A program made the position numbers and the translations under genes. A model generated the notes under the pieces. That model did no database searches. It was not told where the DNA came from and worked only from the letters and a program-made list of their open reading frames with translations. 64,000 nt of DNA from Lingula anatina (taxonomy: Eukaryota > Animalia > Brachiopoda), in contig CM120642.1 in the NCBI GenBank assembly GCA_051362555.1, forward strand, positions 4,898,001-4,962,000, given 5' to 3'. Below, piece by piece: positions 57,431 to 64,000 of the stretch (its first letter is position 1; each line of letters opens with the position of its first letter).

Positions 57431-60400
57431 TCATTCCTGCTGAAAGTATAGGTATGATACAACCACTCCAATGATGGCCACTACCCCACTGATGGCCACT
57501 CCTGAAATGTGGAACATTCAAAGAATTAAACAGCCTGTGAGGACACCTTCACAGACCATCAGTTCAACAATTATATGACATAAATCACTACTGTTTGCTC
57601 CTCATTCATGTATTACACACCAGGTCTTATGGCATTAATTGTGTTGAAACGATATTTCTCAAAATTAATGCCTGTGTCTTCTCCGGGTCATTCCAAGTTT
57701 TTAACAATTCAATAACAAGTTTTGCATTTTTTTAAAAATAAATGTTAATAACATTATCAAAGTAACACTGCTGTCTTTCTAAATTAGTGGCTACTATAAA
57801 ACAAGGCCTTTGTTATATGCATTTTAGTGACGGGTAAAAACTGCAGAAGACTTTGCCAAAACTTGTGGAGCAGATTTTTCTATTTTGGCATCAGTCAGAA
57901 TTTAAAGATTGCCTTGAATCTTCATCTAACTCCAATAAAATTTTCAGTTCCAAAGTGTTAAGAGTTAAATCATAGGTGTTTACTGTATCTTACAGCTATA
58001 GACTCAAATCACCTGGACAGATTGAACTAGTTGTCACTACTCACCTATGACTGAATTCTGTGAACTAGCTTTATGTTCTGTAAATGAACCAGACACAGTC
58101 CTACGCCTCTTCTCTGGTTTTACCAGTTCATTCTCCTCTGAAATGTTCAAATAAATACAAAATAATAACTAACATTCTATATACACAATAAATATTGAGT
58201 AAATGTTTGGTTGAGGACTTTCTTTTGCTCCACCTCCTCCCCCCCCCCCCTTTTTTTTGAGAGGATGGAAATTGATGATTTTCAGATTCTTAACAGATAC
58301 CAACCATTTTGATAAAAAGGCCTGAAATCCAAACTGAAAATAATTCTGATTCTTGCTGATTCAGTATGCCAATATTCCCTTGCACCCCTGAACACAAGTC
58401 AATACAATACTTCCAACTAATTTTTCATAAAAATACCTGGAATTCTCTCAAAGTCCAACTCCACTTGCTCATCTGTCAGATGAAGTTCCATTAATTCAGA
58501 GTTCCTGTCAATCACATCCTGAAGTTTCTCATCTTGAAATATGTAGTCACACATTGTGAGTGGGGTGGAGCCAAGCTTTGTGAATATCCGCACTGGGGTC
58601 TCGTATAGAATTTTAGGATCTGAAAGCAATAAATATAACTGGGGTTTCTATAAGAATTTGGGAATCAATTTCATTTAGATTAAAATAGAGTAGATAGGCA
58701 AAATTTCCAACATGAAAATCAATGACAATAACAATAACAATTACAACAGTAGTCTGTGTGGTTATTTTTTATTTTAAGAAATGAACAACATTATTCTTTC
58801 ACTAATGAAAAATCTTTAAAACCAAGTCAATGTCAAAGTAGTTTCAGCAATCCACATACAAACTCTTGCTCACCCTGCTCCTCCTCACTCTGCAGTAGGT
58901 CTTCACAAAGTAAATCACACCTGGATATTAGACTCCGTATCAGGTCTGTCTTGATAGCCTGTGGAAAGACGGAGATGAAATACAAAATATTACTATTTCA
59001 TAGACACAAAGATATTTTACATAACAGTCATCTTTAACTGCTCCTTGTTTGTAAATATAATTAAAGACATTCTTAATACTGTTGTGAGTCCTATGCTAGT
59101 TGTTATACCAAAACTGAATGTGCTTTACAGTATATTACTGAAAAAATATTCAGTAAAGATTTACATAGACATTCTACGAAACATGCAAGTTGTGACAACA
59201 CAATGGGATGCGTTAGTTGTGACACCACAATAAGAAGTGCTCCCTACCTTCAGAGCATCCTCTACTGTCGCCTTGTGAGGTAGGAATGCTCTTCCAACTA
59301 TACGACCCCTAATTAACATGGTGGCTCCACAGGAAGTCACAGTAGGCTCTGTTGTGCTGCCTGAAGACTGTAAATAAATAAATAGATAAATAAATAAATA
59401 AATAAATAAATGCCATCACACAGCAACACTGAAGGTTAAATTTAAAAAAATGTTCATTGGAATATTTCAGCAACATTAAAAAAATAAAGTAGTTTCTCAA
59501 ACTGACTCAAGGAATTAAAACAATGAAATGAGTTTTTAAAAACTGCCATATTCATCCGTCTCTCTAAATTCCTTCAGTGTTTTAACATTTAAATGCAAAA
59601 GATAGAAATATTTAATAATAAAATACAGGCAAAATCTTTCATTTATCTATAAATCAGTCCAATAAAATTAAGATGCATATTTCACATTAACATTCAAACT
59701 CACCATTTGCATGAGTAAATCTACATTAAATTTTTTCATTGAAATATTAGCTGATGTTTTGTCTCTCTTTCCTTTCTTCTGTGTTTCTGAAGAAGTATCA
59801 AGCAGACGTTTTATATCGCAGAACTGACCATCGATAGTACCAAAAGAATTCCATATCCTATCACAGAATGGAGCCAGACCCATCTGAAACAATGCAAATA
59901 TTTCTTAGTGAACTTATGACAGACAGCTCATTTAGTAACTTAATTCAGTGTGGTTAACTTTCCTGTGATAACAACAAATTCCCTATATTCCTTAAAGCAT
60001 ACATTGGGAACTTCTGAAAATATTTCATTTTTCAACTATTCCAAAGAAATCGTCCAAAATTTCAAAACCTTACATGAATTTGTTTCTCTAGGTCTGAACT
60101 CATTTTCTCAATCGGCACAGGAATGCTTGTATTCACTGACAGACTGGTTTCCACTCTGGACCAGCCATCAAGGAATGATGAAAACTTCCACTCAGCTGGC
60201 TTGGTTGTACACTGAAAACAGTCAGGGTTTAACATGGGTCATTTTTAAAAGAAATAAATGATGTTTCATTTGCAATACCAATCCTGGTTTAAACATCCAT
60301 GGCTTTTAAAAGAAGCAGTACATCTTTCATTTGCAATGCCAAAGTTATTACACATGTCAATTTGGAAAAATATTAAGGTAAAATTTCACTCATGACAACC

Positions 60401-63400
60401 TTCTTAGCTGCATATTTCTACACCAGTTTACATTTTTTACTTTCATAAAATGTACCTGTGCATTTGATTAGAAATAACTTTCAGGTGTTTCTACCACCAA
60501 AGAGAGAAATATATTGCTTTTGCCCATTTATCTTAGCTGTATGTTTTCCACTGAATTCTAATCAAAATGTTCTTATACAGTAGTCTTTTTACCTTATGAT
60601 CTGCCACATCAAAAGTTCTACATGTCAGTCTGTGGGGCACTGGTTAAGGAAATACAGCTGAACAAACTATACCAATGCATAAAGCCTTTTCCATATTGTG
60701 CAATACATGGTTTTGTTTCACACCATATTGAGAGACTGACAACTTGATGGCCTGGCTATTACATGGGAGATTCATCTAAACAGAGTTCTTGTGCTTGACG
60801 CAGGCACTTAACCAGATCAAGAAGTTGTAGAGACCTTCTTTACAACTTCTTGACCAGATCAATTCTCATTGGTCCAAACAACTTGAAGCGAACTTATGAA
60901 AAGAAGTAAACCCCCTTAGCATTATTACATTTTAAGACCAGTCAAAATGGTGGTAAACAGAAAAGTGAACCATATATTATGTGATAAGGACATTAAACAT
61001 TTTTTTAAAACAGTGAAATTCATGAAGGTGGGAAGGTCAACCCCAATGATATTATAATCAGTTACATTTTACAACAGAGATACTTCAGCATTAAATACTT
61101 CCAAAAGAGCATATGGAAGTCCTTTCTTGAGTTGCATTTTATGTGTCCAATGTTGAAAAAAAAATGAACAAATTTAATCACAGAATAATATATTCTGAGT
61201 TCTTATTTTTATCTGTTTCACACAGTTAAGCTCATTTTTTGTTGCTTTATTATTAAAATACTTCAGTCAAATAATTCTCTTGGTACAATCCTGGCAAACT
61301 GAAACAAGGCAGCAAAGCTGTCAAATGTACAGACAAAAAGCAGGAAATAACTATGCACAAAATAGGCTACTGTCAATTCTGATGCAAAAGTACATTATGT
61401 TAAACTGCAAATTCAACATCAAATTTAAATTATGCTCAACAGGTAATACCAATGTAAGTAAAATGTGTAACAAGCATAAGGCTTCAGGCCCATGGCAGTT
61501 CAAGTTCACACTTTGAAAATGTATAACTTCCAGAAAAAGAAGCCAATTAGACTGCTTTTCCAACTCAGGCTGCATTTTAGTCCTGTATTTCTTTTCTGAA
61601 CGTTTGGCAATCATCAGTAACATGGTTTTCCCATAATGGTCATCATGGCAGCAGCACCCAAAATTGTGTTTTCTTCTATTCTGATGCAATATTACATAGT
61701 GGTTAACAGCATAATGACCGTCAATTTTTAATAATAAAATATGCGTATCATGGATTTTCAGAAAATGTGACTAGCATGTGTCTTCAAGCCCATGGAACTT
61801 CAAAGTCACACCTTGAAAATGCCAATATGTGAAAAATTAAATTTTCACAAAAAAAACTGTTTAACTAGCAGAAAGAATTACCAAACAGACTGCATTGCCT
61901 ACTGAAGCTGTATTTTAGTCCCATGTTTCTTTCCTGTAAGTTTGAGAACAGTAAGTGACATGATTTTTCTTAAATGGTCATCATGGAAGCAGTGCCCAAA
62001 ATATTTTTTTCCAAATTTTGATGCAATATTACATAACGTTTAACAGCATAATGACCATCAATTTTTAATAATAAAATATTAGTATTATGGATATTCAGAA
62101 AATGTGACTAGCAAAGGTCTTCAGGCCCATGGAACTTCAAAGTCACAACTTGAAAATGCCAAAATGTAAACAAGACAGCACTGTTCTGAAATGTTTTTTT
62201 TTTTTCCATTTTTAACACTTTTTTAACATAAGACAAAATTAACAGTTTACTGCCATTTTTATATGATCAACTAAGAAAATTGATGAGATGTGAAAAATAT
62301 CAATAAAACGGTGTCAAATGTCCAATTTCCTCCATTCTGAGTTTCTGAACATAGTGAATGATTGAATCTTACAAACTGCAGTGATATGAGTTTATTTCCA
62401 TTTTTGAAACTTTATTACACAATACACGATATCAAGTTTACCATCATTTTTACAAAATCAACTAACAATGTTGTAAAGATGCAGGAAATGTCAAACAAAC
62501 ACTTTTACTTATCTTATTAATTAAATAATGAAACTGTTAACATGCCTAAAAATTGAATCTGAGGAAATGCGAAACAAGACAGCACTATTCTGAAATGGGT
62601 TTATTTCCATTTTTAACACTTTTTTAACATAAAACAAAATTAACAGTTTACTGCCATTTTTATATGATCAACTAAGAAAATTGATGAGATGTGAAAAATA
62701 TCAATAGAACAGTGTCAAATGTCCAATTTCCTCCATTCTGAGTTTCTGAACATAGTGAATGATTGAATCTTACAAACTGCAATGATATGAGTTTATTTCC
62801 ATTTTTGACACCTTATTACACAATACACGATTACAAGTTTACCATCATTTTTACATAATCAACTAACAATGTTGTAAAGATGCAGGAAATGTCAAACAAA
62901 CACTTTTACGTATCTTATTAATTAAATAATGAGACTGTTAACATGCCTAAAAATTGAATCTGAGGAAATGTGAAAAAACAGCATAACTTATAAAATAATG
63001 GTCCGATTATGCTGATTTTCGAACTTGACCTGCGTTTTAGTAAGACTGATTACTCCTGTGAGTTTCATGACAACAGGCCTATGGGTTTTCCTTGAAATGT
63101 GTTAACAGTGTTGCATATATGCTGAAAAGTGAAAAAACAGCATAACTACTAAAATAGTGGCCCGATCATGCCGATTTTCGAACTTGATCTGCGTTTTAGT
63201 AAGATTGATTACTCCTGTGAGTTTCATGACAACAGGCCTATCAGTTTTCCTTGAAATGTGTTAACAGTGTTGCATATATGCTGAAAAGTGAAAAAACAGC
63301 ATAAATTCTACAATAATGGCCCGATCATGCTGATTTTCGAACTTGACCTGTGTTTTATGAATATTCATCAGCTCTGTAAATATAAAGCCAAAAAGTAAAA

Positions 63401-63993
63401 CTGTCTTCCACTTATGGTGTTAACGCTGAAAGTGCACGGCGACATGATCGGCGACGGCGACGGCGACGGCGACGACAGACGCAGGTGATGGCAATATGTA
63501 CAGACACATCTGTGTCTGTACATAAAAAGGTTTGTGGAAAAGGATACTTTCTGGTTGTATTACATATCTGCAGTAGCACCCTGTCAGTGGTTGGGGGGTC
63601 CCTGTTGTAAAGATTCTGAGCTTTGCTGAGAGCTTTGTGAATTGCAAAAATAAGCTGAAAATATATGTAATTTTTTATCATAATCAAATAAATAAAATAA
63701 ATTTTTCTTCTATCTGATACATAAAATAAAATTTTCAAAAGAGATAAAAGACAACTGTGTGCAATTTAAAGCTAATAGCAAGACAGTGCACATTCCAACA
63801 CATGATGACATATTAAATTCATCAGATGCATACAATACTTGGCACTAACTAAGGAAACAATCCAAACAATTACTACAGTTATCATTAAGGCACAAACCTG
63901 TCTAAGTTTTGCCTGTGCTTTCTGCATCATGTCTGGAGGGGCCATGGCGAAGATTCCAATGACATCCATGCTCCCTGGTAACATACGAACGAC
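57431..63993 (-). CDS. ODR4: Protein odr-4 homolog, 3' part (5' exons beyond the window)
   Basis: Exons approx. 63993-63899, 63654-63548, 60629-60593, 60212-60074, 59884-59703, 59360-59248, 58958-58861, 58619-58437, 58137-58046, 57502-57431: VVRMLPGSMDVIGIF / LIFAIHK..DRVLLQICNTTRK / LTCRTFDVADHK / CTTKPAEWKF / GRAFLPHKATVEDALK / AIKTDLIRSLISRCDLLCEDL / MCDYIFQDE / C-terminal TM anchor GVAISGVVAIIGVVVSYLYFQQE*. Confidence 0.9.
60630..63547 (-). other. U12-type (minor spliceosome) GT-AG intron
   Basis: 5' splice site GTATCCTTTT (63547-63538); branch site TTTCCTTAAC (60652-60643) close to the CAG acceptor at 60630; no polypyrimidine tract; flanking exons join in frame. Confidence 0.9.
61302..63528 (-). 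mobile_element. HINE-like element, copy 5 (both ends present; internal ~404-bp duplication)
   Basis: AACAAGGCAGCAAAGCTGTCAAATGTACAGAC at ~61303 and hairpin at ~63495-63524. The block starting AAACAAGACAGCACT occurs at 62168 and 62572; ~159-bp units at 63011, 63170, 63328. Confidence 0.82.
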
Positions 63994-64000
63994 CTGCAAA

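Overview
AT-rich eukaryotic (metazoan) genomic DNA with short GT-AG introns. A lophotrochozoan or mollusc-like source is inferred from repeat style and gene content, not proven. Nine protein-coding loci can be reconstructed by hand, left to right: a partial ankyrin-repeat gene (-) head-to-head with ODF2/cenexin (+); a p67phox/NOXA1-like NADPH oxidase activator with no visible SH3 (-) head-to-head with a folate receptor family gene (+); a cytosolic sulfotransferase (-) head-to-head with an intronless SAM methyltransferase (+); a Gal-3-O-sulfotransferase-like gene (+) with an 817-bp tandem duplication of its catalytic exon; a C8orf48/DUF4606-like gene (+); and a partial ODR4 (-) containing a clear U12-type intron. 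Five introns carry the same non-autonomous Helentron/HINE-like element with internal tandem arrays, always oriented with the host gene. There are also several MITEs, a scrambled chromodomain-bearing Gypsy relic and microsatellites. No rRNA, tRNA or CRISPR array was found. I found no demonstrably new biological system; the best leads are in the findings. All family assignments are by motif recognition, without database searches, and exon boundaries may be off by a few bases.
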